Shown in pieces: positions 8,366 through 17,856 of a stretch of 64,000 bases of DNA; positions within the stretch are counted from its first letter, which is position 1, and each line of letters starts with the position of its first letter. The stretch is from assembly GCA_035762085.1 (NCBI GenBank), contig DASTPT010000032.1, positions 1,954 through 65,953 of the forward strand, read 5' to 3'. The translations under genes were made by a program, and so were the position numbers. This DNA comes from Actinomycetota bacterium. GTDB taxonomy: Bacteria; Actinomycetota; UBA4738; HRBIN12. The notes below the pieces were generated by a model. That model was given only the letters and a program-made list of their open reading frames with translations. It made no database searches and was not told the origin of the DNA.

Positions 8366-9566
8366 ACGCCGGGTCGAACTTGCCGTAGAAGTGGTCCGTG
8401 ACCTGCATCTCGTTGTTCGGCGCCGTCTCCGTGCCGAACAGGACGGACTCCTGCGCCGTGAGGCACCACGGGAACGTGCTCGAGAGCGCCGGGCCCGGGT
8501 TGCACCACTCGACCTCGGTCGGCGAGCCGCCGGGCAGCGTGATGAGCGTCGCCGGGACCGGCGTTTCTGCCGGCTCGGGCGCCCAGATGATGTCCACGGT
8601 GAACTCCGCCTCTTGCGCGTCGACGATCGACTCGTCCTTCGCGAGGAACACGTCCTGAGCCGTCCCGTTGCGTGAGAAGGTCACGTTGAAGGGGACGTCG
8701 ACCGTGCACTCGCCGACGTTCAGGCGGGTGATCGTGAACGTGATGCCGCTGCCACTGTCGGTGATCGTCTCGGCGCAGTCGAGCTGGTCCCCGTAGTAGG
8801 TCGAGATCTCGAACAGCGAGTCGAGCGTGTCGGGGAGGAGCGGGTCCTCGGCGGCGGGCGTGCCGTCGGCGCCGCCCTCGAGCGAGAACGAGCCGACCCG
8901 GTCCACCGGGCTGAGCACCATCGTGTCGAACGGCTCGGGCGTCGGCGTCTGGGGGTCGACGTCCGTCACGATCACCTCACGGGCGTTGTCCCTCGCGCCC
9001 GCGTCCGGACCGTTGTCCGAGAAGTTCGCATCGCTCAGCACGACGCGGCCCACGGGCTGCCCGGCGCGGAACAGGTCGGCCTGCACGGCGACGTTGAACT
9101 TGCCCTCGATGTCGAGCTGCGCCTCGGTGATGACCTTGCCCGCGAGGTTGCCGGCCAGCGAGAGGGTGAGCGACTGGTCCGAGTCGACGCGGCCGCACGA
9201 CGTCCCCTTGCCCTCGCTGTACTTCGAGCCGATCCCATACGGGGCGAATCCGACCTCGGCCGCAGCGCCGCCCGAGGTGCCGGTGATGCCACCCTTCGCG
9301 GACAGCGAGACGAGCGGAGGGTTGGCTCCGAGCGAAACGACGCACTTGCCACTGACGGAGATGCTCTGGACGTCGTCGCCGTAGATGAACTCGTTTCCAT
9401 CGGCGCCGAGGTGCAACTGCAGGAAGCCCTCGGTGACCGTGACCGGCGGGTCGTTGTCGGGGGCGGCAACCGCGCCGCCTCCGGGGAACGTCGCCAGTCC
9501 AGCTACCACGGCGGCCGTGACCGCCATGCCCGTCCATCGGCGACGCCATGCATGGGTGCGCGACAT
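8352..9566 (-). CDS. Secreted hypothetical protein (404 aa)
   Basis: Signal peptide (MSRTHAWRRRWTGMAVTAAVVAGLATFPGGGAVAAP). Thr/Gly/Asp-rich beta-strand-like sequence. No recognised domain. Its 3' end overlaps the cyclase gene convergently by 14 nt. Confidence 0.65.
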   Translation of the reverse strand: MSRTHAWRRRWTGMAVTAAVVAGLATFPGGGAVAAPDNDPPVTVTEGFLQLHLGADGNEFIYGDDVQSISVSGKCVVSLGANPPLVSLSAKGGITGTSGGAAAEVGFAPYGIGSKYSEGKGTSCGRVDSDQSLTLSLAGNLAGKVITEAQLDIEGKFNVAVQADLFRAGQPVGRVVLSDANFSDNGPDAGARDNAREVIVTDVDPQTPTPEPFDTMVLSPVDRVGSFSLEGGADGTPAAEDPLLPDTLDSLFEISTYYGDQLDCAETITDSGSGITFTITRLNVGECTVDVPFNVTFSRNGTAQDVFLAKDESIVDAQEAEFTVDIIWAPEPAETPVPATLITLPGGSPTEVEWCNPGPALSSTFPWCLTAQESVLFGTETAPNNEMQVTDHFYGKFDPAFSRR

Positions 9567-9731
9567 GGGATCCTCCCTCTCCTCCCGGGTTCGTCGCGCC
9601 GATCGGCGCCTTGCCCACCCGGCTCTCGAACTAGGTCGAGCAGCCTACCGCACTATCGCACGTTATGGCTATCCCAGATGGGGGACGCCCGGTGATGCGC
9701 AGGCTCGGTCTTCGGGACGCCGCCGGCCGGC

Positions 9732-11060
9732 TCAGAGGATCGGCAGGTACCGCTCGAGCTCGTAGGGGGTCACGTACGCCTTGTACGCGTCCCACTCCTC
9801 GCGCTTGTTCCGGAGCAGGAACTCGAGGACGTGCTCCCCGAGCACGTCCCGCAGGATCTTCGACTCGGCGGCGAGCTCGATCGCCTCGTAGAGGTCCTCG
9901 GGCAGCGAGCGGATCCCGGCGGCCCGGCGCTCGTCCTCTCCCATCTCGTAGATGTTGTTCGAGGCCTGCGGCGGCAGCTCGTGATCGTTCTCGATCCCGG
10001 ACAGCCCCGCCGCGAGCATCGTCGCGAAGGCGAGGTACGGGTTGCATGCGGGGTCGGGGGAGCGGTACTCGATGCGCGTGGCGCCCTCCTTGCCCGGCTT
10101 GTACATCGGTACGCGAACGAGCGCCGAGCGGTTCCGGCTGGCCCAGCACACGTACACCGGCGCCTCGTACCCCGGGACGAGCCGCTTGTACGAGTTCACC
10201 CACTGGTTCGTGACGAGGGTGATCTCGGGCGCGTGGCGCAGGATCCCCGCGATGTACGACCTCGCCGTCTTCGAGAGGTGGTGCTCGTCGCTCGGGTCGA
10301 AGAACGCGTTGCGGTCGCCGGTGAACAGCGACTGGTGCGTGTGCATGCCGCTGCCGTTCACGCCCTGCTTCGGCTTCGGCATGAACGTCGCGTAGATCCC
10401 GAACTCCTGCGCGACCTCCTTCACCGTGAGGCGATAGGTCATCACGTTGTCGGCCATCGTCAGGGCGTCCGTGTAGCGCAGGTCGATCTCGTGCTGGCTC
10501 GGCGCGACCTCGTGGTGCACGTACTCGACGGGGATGCCCATCGACTCGAGGTACGTGACCGTGCGTTTGCGCCAGTCGGTCGCCACGTCGAGCGGCGTCT
10601 CGTCGAAGTAGCTGCTCTGGTCGAGGAAGTTCGGGTCCTCGAGGCTCTTGAAGTAGAAGTACTCGAGCTCCGGACCGACGTAGAACGTGAACCCCATCTC
10701 GGCGGCGCGCTGCAGCTGCCGCTTCAGCACGTACCGGGGGTCGCCCTCGAACGGCGTGCCGTCGGGGTTCAGGATGTCGCAGAACATCCGCGCGACCTGC
10801 GCCTCGGTCCTCCACGGGATCAGCTGGAACGTGCTCGGATCGGGCACGGCCACCATGTCGGACTCCTCGATCCGGCTGAACCCGTCGATCGACGAGCCGT
10901 CGAAGCCCATCCCCTCGGCGAACGCGCCCTCGAGCTCCTGCGAGGTGATCGTGAACGCCTTGAGGAACCCGAGGACGTCCGTGAACCACAGGCGGACGAA
11001 GCGGATCCCCCGCTCCTCGATCGTGCGCAGGACGTACTCGGCCTCCGCGGACAGAGCCAT
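9732..11060 (-). CDS. glnA: Glutamine synthetase, type I (GlnA2-like paralogue, 442 aa)
   Basis: GS catalytic motifs (FDGSSI, ...GMHTHQSL...). Strong AAGGAG ribosome-binding site (RBS) upstream of the ATG. Confidence 0.9.
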   Translation of the reverse strand: MALSAEAEYVLRTIEERGIRFVRLWFTDVLGFLKAFTITSQELEGAFAEGMGFDGSSIDGFSRIEESDMVAVPDPSTFQLIPWRTEAQVARMFCDILNPDGTPFEGDPRYVLKRQLQRAAEMGFTFYVGPELEYFYFKSLEDPNFLDQSSYFDETPLDVATDWRKRTVTYLESMGIPVEYVHHEVAPSQHEIDLRYTDALTMADNVMTYRLTVKEVAQEFGIYATFMPKPKQGVNGSGMHTHQSLFTGDRNAFFDPSDEHHLSKTARSYIAGILRHAPEITLVTNQWVNSYKRLVPGYEAPVYVCWASRNRSALVRVPMYKPGKEGATRIEYRSPDPACNPYLAFATMLAAGLSGIENDHELPPQASNNIYEMGEDERRAAGIRSLPEDLYEAIELAAESKILRDVLGEHVLEFLLRNKREEWDAYKAYVTPYELERYLPIL

Positions 11061-11114
11061 GGTCGTCGCTCCTTCGTCGGGCTCGAGCGGAGCGTACCGG
11101 AGCCGGCCCTCGGG

Positions 11115-11135
11115 TTCGTTACGGGCGCGTGAACT
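11115..11135. promoter_or_regulatory. Candidate GlnR box in the divergent glnA2/glnE intergenic region
   Basis: gTTCAC-n6-GTAAC (read on the minus strand) approximates the actinobacterial GlnR consensus gTnAc-n6-GaAAc. Confidence 0.3.
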
Positions 11136-13828
11136 CTCGGCCGCGCCACGAGCCGCGTCTACGATGCGCGGATGGGGTGGTGGCGGTGCTGACGCCCGAG
11201 GACCTGGGCCGGACGCTCGCGGCGGCGCCCGATCCGGAGCTCGCCCGCGTGGCGCTCTCGCGCGTGGGCGAGGACCCGGTGGCGCGGCAGGCGCTCGGCC
11301 GGGCGGACGTGCTGGTGGTGGCCGTCCGACTGCTCGGCTTCTCGCGGGCGGCGACCGATCTCCTGGTCCGGCACCCCGAGGAGATCGGCGCGCTCGCCGA
11401 CGTCCGCCGGCGGGACCGGGCCGAGCTGGACCGCGAGCTCGTCGAGGACGTCGAACGCGCCGGCGAGGTGGATGGCCTCCGTCGTTTCCGCCGTCGGGCG
11501 ATGCTCCGGACCGCGGCCCGGGACCTGGGGGGCGCCGCGTTCGAGGACGTCGTGGCCGAGATCAGCGACGTCGCCGAGGCGTGCCTGGCGCTCGCATGCC
11601 GGATCGCTTCGCCCGAGGGTCTGGCGATCGTGGCGCTCGGCAAGCTCGGGGGCGCCGAGCTGAACTACGCGAGCGACGTCGACCTGCTCTTCATCCACGG
11701 GCGCGGCGGCCCCGAGCCCGTCGAGGATGCCGAGCGCCGGGCGGCCGCGATCATCCGGCTCCTCTCGGAGCCAAGCGCCGAGGGCGTGGCCCTGCGCGTC
11801 GACCCGACGCTTCGTCCGGGCGGTCGCGGCGGCGCGCTCTCGCGATCGCTCGACGCGATGCGCGAGTACTACGCGACCGGGGCCGCCACGTGGGAGCGAC
11901 AGGCGCTGATCAAGGCGCGTCCCGTCGCCGGTGACGCATCCCTCGGCGCGGCGTTCGTCGAGGCGGTCGCGCCGTTCGTCTACCCGGAGCACCTCGCGGC
12001 GCAGGCGATCGACGAGGTCCGGCGCGTGAAGGTCCGCCTGGAGGAGTACGTGCGGGCGCGAGGCAAGGCCGCGATCGAGGTCAAGCGCGGATGGGGCGGG
12101 ATCCGCGACGTGGAGTTCGCCGTCCAGCTGCTCCAGATCGTGCACGGCCGCCGCGACGAGCGCCTGCGCGAGCCGAACACGCTCCGCGCGCTCGGCGCCC
12201 TCGCGGCCGAGGGGTACGTCGCCGACGCCGACGCCGAGGCGCTCGCCGACGCATACCGGTTCCTGCGGACGCTCGAGCACCGGCTCCAGATCGTGCGCGA
12301 CCTGCAGACGCACGACCTGCCGAGCGACCGCGCCGCGCGGACGACCCTCGCGCGCTCGCTCGGGCTCGAGGGGGCGGACTCGCTGCAGGCGGAGTTCGAG
12401 CGCCGGACCGCGCTCGTGCGCACGCTGCACGAGCGCCTGTTCTACCGCCCGCTGCTCGAGGCCTTCGCGGGCCCCGCCGCACCCCGGCCGGGCATCGACC
12501 GGGTGGCCACCGAGGAGCTGCTCGAGGGTCTCGGCTTCGCGAGCCCGGCGACCTCCTACGAGGTGCTGGCCCGGCTCGTCGATCCCTCGACCCGGATGGG
12601 CAAGGTGCTCTCGCACGTCTTCCGGGTGATGGCGCCGGCGCTCGCGCTCTCGGCCAGTCCGGACGCGGCGCTCGTCCGGCTGGAGCGCGTCGCCGAGGCC
12701 GCCGCGGCCGAGCCCCGGATCGCGGACGTCCTCGCGAGCGATCCCGGCGTCGCGCGGCGGTTGGCGCACGCTGTCGGTGCGTCATCGTTCGCGACCGACG
12801 TCCTCGCGGCGACGCCGACGCGCGTGCTGGCGCTCGAGGCCGGCGGCGGGGGCGACCCGCAGGCGGAGCTGGTGGCGGCGATCGCCCGGACCGCCGCGCG
12901 GGAGCTGGGGCCGAAGGAGACCGGCCTCGCGCTCTCGGCCGTCGCCGACCGGGTCGTTCGGGACGCGGTCCGGGAGGCCGCGCCCGAGCTGCCGTTCGCG
13001 GTGATCGGTCTCGGCAAGCTCGGAGCCGAGGAGCTGAACGTCGCGTCGGACCTGGACGTCGTGTTCGTCTACGAGGGCGAGGGGACCGAGGCGTACCGCA
13101 TGGGCGCCGAGGCCGCCGAGCGCGTCCTGACCGGGATCCGCGACGCGGGGTGGGAGCCGGACGCCGACCTGCGGCCCGAGGGCCGGAGCGGTCCGCTCGC
13201 GAAGTCGTTCGCCGCGTACCTGGAGTACTGGGAGCGGTACGCGGAGACCTGGGAGTTCCAGGCGCTGCTCCGCACGCGGTTCGTGGCGGGGGACGAGATC
13301 CTCGGCCGCCGGTTCTGCTCGTTCGCGGAGGACTTCGCGTACCCGGAGTACCTGCCCCGCGAGCGCGCGGCCGAGGTCGTCCGGATGCGCCAACGGATCG
13401 AACGCGAGCGCGTCCACCCGATCGAGGCCGGGACGTTCCACTTCAAGCTCGGTCACGGGTCGCTGGCGGACGTCCAGTTCGCCGTGGAGCTCGCGCTGAT
13501 GCGGTACGGGGGAGCCCACCCCGAGGTCCGTCGTCGCCGGACCCTCGACGCGATCGAGGCGCTCGCCTCGGCGAGGCTGATGGAGGACGCCTCGGCGCAT
13601 GCGCTCGGCGAGGCCTTCGTGTTCCTGTCCGGGGTGAAGAACGCGCTCGAGATGGATCGTCGTGTGCACGCCGAGGCCATCCCGCCGTCGCCGCGGGAGC
13701 AGGTCGTGCTCGCCCGAGGCCTCGGATACGAGGAGTATCCGCGCCAGGCATTCCTGGACGACTACCTCCGCATCACGCGGCGGGCGCGGCGCGCGATGCT
13801 GCGGGTGTTCCGCGACGCGCAGGGGTAG
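11129..13828 (+). CDS. glnE: Bifunctional glutamine synthetase adenylyltransferase / adenylyl-removing enzyme GlnE
   Basis: ~899 aa with two nucleotidyltransferase domains (GKLGGAELNYASDVDLLF... and GLGKLGAEELNVASDLDVVF...). Classic glnA-glnE-glnA synteny. The start may lie slightly downstream (GTG). Confidence 0.85.
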   Translation: MNSRPRHEPRLRCADGVVAVLTPEDLGRTLAAAPDPELARVALSRVGEDPVARQALGRADVLVVAVRLLGFSRAATDLLVRHPEEIGALADVRRRDRAELDRELVEDVERAGEVDGLRRFRRRAMLRTAARDLGGAAFEDVVAEISDVAEACLALACRIASPEGLAIVALGKLGGAELNYASDVDLLFIHGRGGPEPVEDAERRAAAIIRLLSEPSAEGVALRVDPTLRPGGRGGALSRSLDAMREYYATGAATWERQALIKARPVAGDASLGAAFVEAVAPFVYPEHLAAQAIDEVRRVKVRLEEYVRARGKAAIEVKRGWGGIRDVEFAVQLLQIVHGRRDERLREPNTLRALGALAAEGYVADADAEALADAYRFLRTLEHRLQIVRDLQTHDLPSDRAARTTLARSLGLEGADSLQAEFERRTALVRTLHERLFYRPLLEAFAGPAAPRPGIDRVATEELLEGLGFASPATSYEVLARLVDPSTRMGKVLSHVFRVMAPALALSASPDAALVRLERVAEAAAAEPRIADVLASDPGVARRLAHAVGASSFATDVLAATPTRVLALEAGGGGDPQAELVAAIARTAARELGPKETGLALSAVADRVVRDAVREAAPELPFAVIGLGKLGAEELNVASDLDVVFVYEGEGTEAYRMGAEAAERVLTGIRDAGWEPDADLRPEGRSGPLAKSFAAYLEYWERYAETWEFQALLRTRFVAGDEILGRRFCSFAEDFAYPEYLPRERAAEVVRMRQRIERERVHPIEAGTFHFKLGHGSLADVQFAVELALMRYGGAHPEVRRRRTLDAIEALASARLMEDASAHALGEAFVFLSGVKNALEMDRRVHAEAIPPSPREQVVLARGLGYEEYPRQAFLDDYLRITRRARRAMLRVFRDAQG

Positions 13829-13854
13829 GAGCGATCGGTCGAGGAGGTCGAGGC

Positions 13855-14256
13855 ATGCTGAAGGAGTTCAAGGAGTTCGTCGCGCGCGGGAACCTGATCG
13901 ATCTGGCGGTCGCGTTCATCATGGGCCTCGCGTTCACCTCGGTCGTCACGGCGTTCACCGACGTGATCCTCGGTGCGATCAGCTACGTCGTCGGAGGCGA
14001 GGTGTCGTTCGATCGGTTCGGCGTCCACCGCGACGGCGAGATCGTGATCCCGTACGGCGCGTTCCTGACCGCCCTCGTGAACCTGCTGCTGGTCGCGCTC
14101 GCCCTGTTCTTCGTGGTGAAGGCGTACAACCGCTTCGCCCGGCGGAACGAGGAGACCCGGGCGACACGCCCGTGCCCGTTCTGCACGACGACGATCTCCC
14201 GGGACGCGACGCGCTGCCCCGCGTGCACGAGCGAGGTGGAACCCGCGCCCGCGTAG
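13855..14256 (+). CDS. mscL: Large-conductance mechanosensitive channel MscL with an extra C-terminal CxxC...CxxC zinc-ribbon-like tail
   Basis: MLKEFKEFVARGNLIDLAVAFIMG... is a canonical MscL N-terminus with two TM helices. The C-terminus is RPCPFCTTTISRDATRCPACTSEV. GAGGAGG RBS precedes the ATG at 13855. Confidence 0.8.
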   Translation: MLKEFKEFVARGNLIDLAVAFIMGLAFTSVVTAFTDVILGAISYVVGGEVSFDRFGVHRDGEIVIPYGAFLTALVNLLLVALALFFVVKAYNRFARRNEETRATRPCPFCTTTISRDATRCPACTSEVEPAPA

Positions 14257-14260
14257 GGAG

Positions 14261-15157
14261 TCAGATCCGGTCGATCGCGCGGGCCTCCATCCGGGGGCCG
14301 AAGGCCGGCGGTCGGATCTCGGCGGCCTCGATGAGGAGCTGGACGCGCCCCCGGTGCGGGCGGTAGCGCTCGAGGAGCTCGAGCATCCGCTCGTCGGTCC
14401 CCCGGGGCTCGTGTGCGAGCGCCCACGCGAGGACGTTCGGCACGTGGAAGTCACCGACCGAGACGGCGTCGGCGTCGCCGAGCGACAGGCGCGCGACCTC
14501 GGCGACGCTCCACGGGCCGATCCCGCGAAGCCTTCCGATCCGATCCCTCGCCGCCTCGAGCGGCAGGTCGACGGCCTCGTCCAACCAGGCCGCACGGGCG
14601 CCGATCCGCCGCAGGACCTCCGCGCGGCGGCGCTCGATCCCGAAGGGATGGAACCGCTCGTACGGCATGGCCGCCAGGCGGCCGAGGTCGGGCGGGAGGA
14701 CGAGCTCGCCGGGTCCGGGCGCCGGCTCGCCGAGCGCGATCGTCATGCGCCGGTACGCGCGTCGGGCCTCCGCTCCGGTCACCTTCTGCTCGAGCACGAC
14801 GGGGACCAGCCGCTCGGCGAGGAGGCCGGTGGATGGGATCCGCAGCCCGGTGAAGCGCCGATGCAGGTCGCGCACCAGCCCGGGCGCCGGCGCGAAGGCG
14901 GTCGGATCGTCGAGGGCGCCGACCCACGCCGGGGCCCGCTCGAGCGCCCACGCGGCGCCCGTACCCCACGTCTGCACCTCGACGCCGCCGTCCGCCTCGA
15001 CGAACCGCAACGTGACCGGGCCGTCGGGGGTCCGAGACGCGCGCCACACCTCGCCGCGGGCGACGCGCATCGTCGGGTCCCCGGACCCCCGCAGCAGCGG
15101 GCCGAGCGTGAGCGCCAGGTCGATGCGCGTTGGCGTCGGGACGAACCGCGATGGCAT
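14261..15157 (-). CDS. DNA-3-methyladenine glycosylase II (AlkA) / HhH-GPD family
   Basis: AlkA N-terminal domain plus HhH-GPD core (…VTGAEARRAYRRM… GIGPWSVAEV…). The ORF-track start at 15289 would overlap ridA, so an internal ATG at 15157 (or 15178) was chosen. Confidence 0.65.
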   Translation of the reverse strand: MPSRFVPTPTRIDLALTLGPLLRGSGDPTMRVARGEVWRASRTPDGPVTLRFVEADGGVEVQTWGTGAAWALERAPAWVGALDDPTAFAPAPGLVRDLHRRFTGLRIPSTGLLAERLVPVVLEQKVTGAEARRAYRRMTIALGEPAPGPGELVLPPDLGRLAAMPYERFHPFGIERRRAEVLRRIGARAAWLDEAVDLPLEAARDRIGRLRGIGPWSVAEVARLSLGDADAVSVGDFHVPNVLAWALAHEPRGTDERMLELLERYRPHRGRVQLLIEAAEIRPPAFGPRMEARAIDRI

Positions 15158-15191
15158 GCTCGGGAGGCTACCCGGCATCCGGAGGGGATCG

Positions 15192-15584
15192 ATGGGCAGG
15201 AGGCTGATCGCGTCGGGCTCGCCGTTCGAGCCCGTCATCGGGTTCTCGCGCGCGGTGGTCGAGGGCCACCACGTCGCGGTCGCCGGCACGGCGCCGGTGA
15301 TGCCGGACGGCGCCGAGCCACCGCCGGACGCGTACGGTCAGGCCAGACGGTGCCTGGAGATCGTGCGCTCGGCGCTCGAGGAGGCCGGCGCCGCGCCCGA
15401 GCACGTGGTCCGGACGCGGACGTTCCTCGTGCGCGCCGAGGACTGGGAGGCGGTCGGCCGGGCGCACGGCGAGGTGTTCGGCCAGGTCCGTCCGGCGAGC
15501 ACGATGGTCGTCGTGAGCGGATTCCTCGACCCGCGGTGGCTGGTCGAGATGGAGGCCGACGCCGTCCTGCCCGAGGAACGGTGA
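15192..15584 (+). CDS. ridA: RidA/YjgF/TdcF (endoribonuclease L-PSP) family protein
   Basis: 130-aa RidA-like sequence (…HVVRTRTFLV…VSGFLDPRWLVEMEADAV). The start coordinate may be off by 1 nt. Confidence 0.75.
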   Translation: MGRRLIASGSPFEPVIGFSRAVVEGHHVAVAGTAPVMPDGAEPPPDAYGQARRCLEIVRSALEEAGAAPEHVVRTRTFLVRAEDWEAVGRAHGEVFGQVRPASTMVVVSGFLDPRWLVEMEADAVLPEER

Positions 15585-15611
15585 CGCTGCCCGTCCGGGA
15601 CGTCTCTCGGC

Positions 15612-17042
15612 TCAGATGTCGAAGTAGAGCGCGAACTCGAAGGGATGTGGGCGGAGTCGGACCTGGTCGAGCTCGTGCTCGCGCTTGTACTCGAGCCACG
15701 TGTCGATGACGTCCTGCGTGAACACGCCGCCTTCGAGCAGCCACTGGTGGTCGGCCTCGAGGTTGTCCAGGACTTCCTCGAGCGATCCGGGGACCTGCTT
15801 CACGAGCGCCTTCTCCTCGGGCGGCAGGTCGTACAGGTCCTTGTCCATCGGCTCCGGCGGCTCGATCTTGTTCTTGATGCCGTCCAGCCCGGCCATCAGC
15901 ATCGCGGCGAACGCGAGGTACGGGTTGCACGTGGGGTCGGGGGTGCGGAACTCCAGGCGCTTGGCGGCCGGGCTCTTGTAGAACATCGGGATCCGGATGC
16001 ACGCGCTGCGGTTCCGCTGCGAGTAGACGAGGTTGATCGGCGCCTCGTACCCGGGCACCAGACGGCGGTACGAGTTCGTCGTCGGGTTGGTGAACGCGAG
16101 CAGCGCCGGCGCGTGCGTCAGCAGCCCGCCGATGTACCAGCGCGCCGTGTCGCTGATCCCCGCGTAGCCGACCTCGTCCCAGAACAGGTTCTCGCCCTCG
16201 CTCCACAGGCTCTGGTGCGTGTGCATGCCCGAGCCGTTGTCCATGAAGATCGGCTTCGGCATGAACGTCACGGTCTTGCCGGCGCGCCACGCGGTGTTCT
16301 TGACGACGTACTTGTACTTCATGACGTTGTCCGCGGTGGCGAGCAGCGTGCTGTAGCGCATGTCGATCTCGGCCTGGCCTGCTGTGCCGACCTCGTGGTG
16401 ATGCACCTCGATGTCGATGCCGACCTTGTTCAGGTTCAGGACCATCTCGCTCCGCAGGTCCTGGTAGTGGTCCATCGGCGGGAGCGGGAAGTAGCCCTCC
16501 TTGTATCGAGGCTTGTAGCCGCGGTTCGGCTCGCCGCCCAGCTCGCGGTCGCGGCCCGAGTTCCACACGCCCTCGATCGCGTCGAGGTGGTAGTAGCCCT
16601 CGTACTGGTTCTGGTCGAAGCGGACCGAGTCGAAGATGTAGAACTCGGCCTCGGGGCCCCAGTAGGACGTGTCGGCGATGCCGGTCTGCTCCAGGTAGAG
16701 CTCGGCCTTGCGCGCGATGTACCGGGGGTCGCGCGTGTACATCTCGCCGGTCACCGGATCCTTGACGAAGCAGTGCAGGTTCAGCGTCGGGTGCTGCGTG
16801 AACGGATCGAGGTACGCCGTGGAGGCGTCGGGCACCAGGAGCATGTCGGACTCCTGGATCTCCTGGAACCCGCGGATCGAGGACCCGTCGAACCCGAGGC
16901 CATCCTCGAAGCTGTCCTCGGTGAGCTCGGCCGTCGGGACCGAGAAGTGCTGCATGAGGCCCGGCAGATCCGAGAAGCGGAGGTCGACGATCTCGACCCC
17001 CTCGGTCTTCGCCATGGCCAGGACGTCCTTGGACGTGGTCAT
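15612..17042 (-). CDS. glnA: Glutamine synthetase type I (GlnA1, 476 aa)
   Basis: Full-length GSI with an adenylylation-site region. N-terminus [28 protein letters not shown]. Confidence 0.92.
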   Translation of the reverse strand: MTTSKDVLAMAKTEGVEIVDLRFSDLPGLMQHFSVPTAELTEDSFEDGLGFDGSSIRGFQEIQESDMLLVPDASTAYLDPFTQHPTLNLHCFVKDPVTGEMYTRDPRYIARKAELYLEQTGIADTSYWGPEAEFYIFDSVRFDQNQYEGYYHLDAIEGVWNSGRDRELGGEPNRGYKPRYKEGYFPLPPMDHYQDLRSEMVLNLNKVGIDIEVHHHEVGTAGQAEIDMRYSTLLATADNVMKYKYVVKNTAWRAGKTVTFMPKPIFMDNGSGMHTHQSLWSEGENLFWDEVGYAGISDTARWYIGGLLTHAPALLAFTNPTTNSYRRLVPGYEAPINLVYSQRNRSACIRIPMFYKSPAAKRLEFRTPDPTCNPYLAFAAMLMAGLDGIKNKIEPPEPMDKDLYDLPPEEKALVKQVPGSLEEVLDNLEADHQWLLEGGVFTQDVIDTWLEYKREHELDQVRLRPHPFEFALYFDI

Positions 17043-17104
17043 CCGGCGTCTCCCCCTTGCCTCGGTCGGATCGCATCAGGGTAGGGGCAGCCGGGCGCGC
17101 GGAG

Positions 17105-17134
17105 GTTTCTGCCGCGTTAACTCTTGGTTACGTC
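17105..17134. promoter_or_regulatory. Candidate GlnR operator upstream of glnA1
   Basis: Minus-strand reading GTAAC-caagag-TTAAC-gcggca-GAAAC matches the tandem GlnR box consensus (gTnAc-n6-GaAAc). It lies ~65–90 nt upstream of the glnA1 start. Confidence 0.5.
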
Positions 17135-17142
17135 GGCCGCGG

Positions 17143-17451
17143 CTACTCGCCGAGGATCCAGCTCTTCTCGTCGACCCGATCGTTCCGGTACGTCACGAAC
17201 ACGACGACGCCGCGGTACCGGCGGCAGATGTCGTAGGCCCGCTCCTCGCGGTGCGGGCCTTCGTGGATCACCTCTCCCCGGGTGTCGAAGATCCGGTGGA
17301 CGTGTGCCTTCCGCATCCCGATCTCGACGCGACGGAACTCGGGACGGCTGACGCAGCCGCCGGCGGCGGAGACCGCGACCGGGGTAGAGGCGCCGAGCAG
17401 CACCGCGAGTCCGATGCCGGCGAGGACCTTGCGAACCCATGTCCCGCTCAT
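17143..17451 (-). CDS. Small secreted hypothetical protein (102 aa)
   Basis: Signal peptide (MSGTWVRKVLAGIGLAVLLGASTPVAVSAAGG). Very high GC3. GAGAGGAGA RBS upstream. Confidence 0.6.
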   Translation of the reverse strand: MSGTWVRKVLAGIGLAVLLGASTPVAVSAAGGCVSRPEFRRVEIGMRKAHVHRIFDTRGEVIHEGPHREERAYDICRRYRGVVVFVTYRNDRVDEKSWILGE

Positions 17452-17523
17452 CCGGAGGTCTCCTCTCAGGGCCGGGTCGAGCGCAGCGTACGCCCGTGGC
17501 CGACCGATGGCGAGCGGAGCCGA

Positions 17524-17826
17524 TCAGACCGGGCCGCGACCGGCGGGGTCGGGCTCCCAGTCGCGGATCGCCTCGGCGACCCGGACGAGGAGCGCGGCGC
17601 CTCCGGCGACCTGGACGAGCCTGCCCACGGGCGTGCGGAAGAACGGGTGTCGCAGGATCACCGGGGCGCTCACGATCAGAAGCTGCGCCGCGAGCGCGCG
17701 GACCCGCCGCCCGGTGGGCGTCGCGAGCCACGCCTCCGTCTCGTCGATCCCGAGGTCTAGCACACGCTCCGCCTCGCGGAGCCAGCCGCGGAGGTCGCGC
17801 ATCGAGGGCAGCAACGAGCGGGCCAT
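17524..17826 (-). CDS. Hypothetical small protein (100 aa)
   Basis: High-GC3 ORF with plausible hydrophobic segments. Weak G-rich RBS. No homology recognised. Confidence 0.45.
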   Translation of the reverse strand: MARSLLPSMRDLRGWLREAERVLDLGIDETEAWLATPTGRRVRALAAQLLIVSAPVILRHPFFRTPVGRLVQVAGGAALLVRVAEAIRDWEPDPAGRGPV

Positions 17827-17856
17827 CGCCTGGACGATACCCCCGACGGCCGGGGA

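Noticed and set aside
10687-13017. Several long ORFs (10687..11934 +, 11159..12769 -, 12081..12785 -, 12091..14256 +) overlapping glnA2/glnE
   Set aside because: All are Arg/Pro/Gly-rich GC artefacts. Only the 3' end of 12091..14256 (13855..14256) is real, as mscL in a different functional context.
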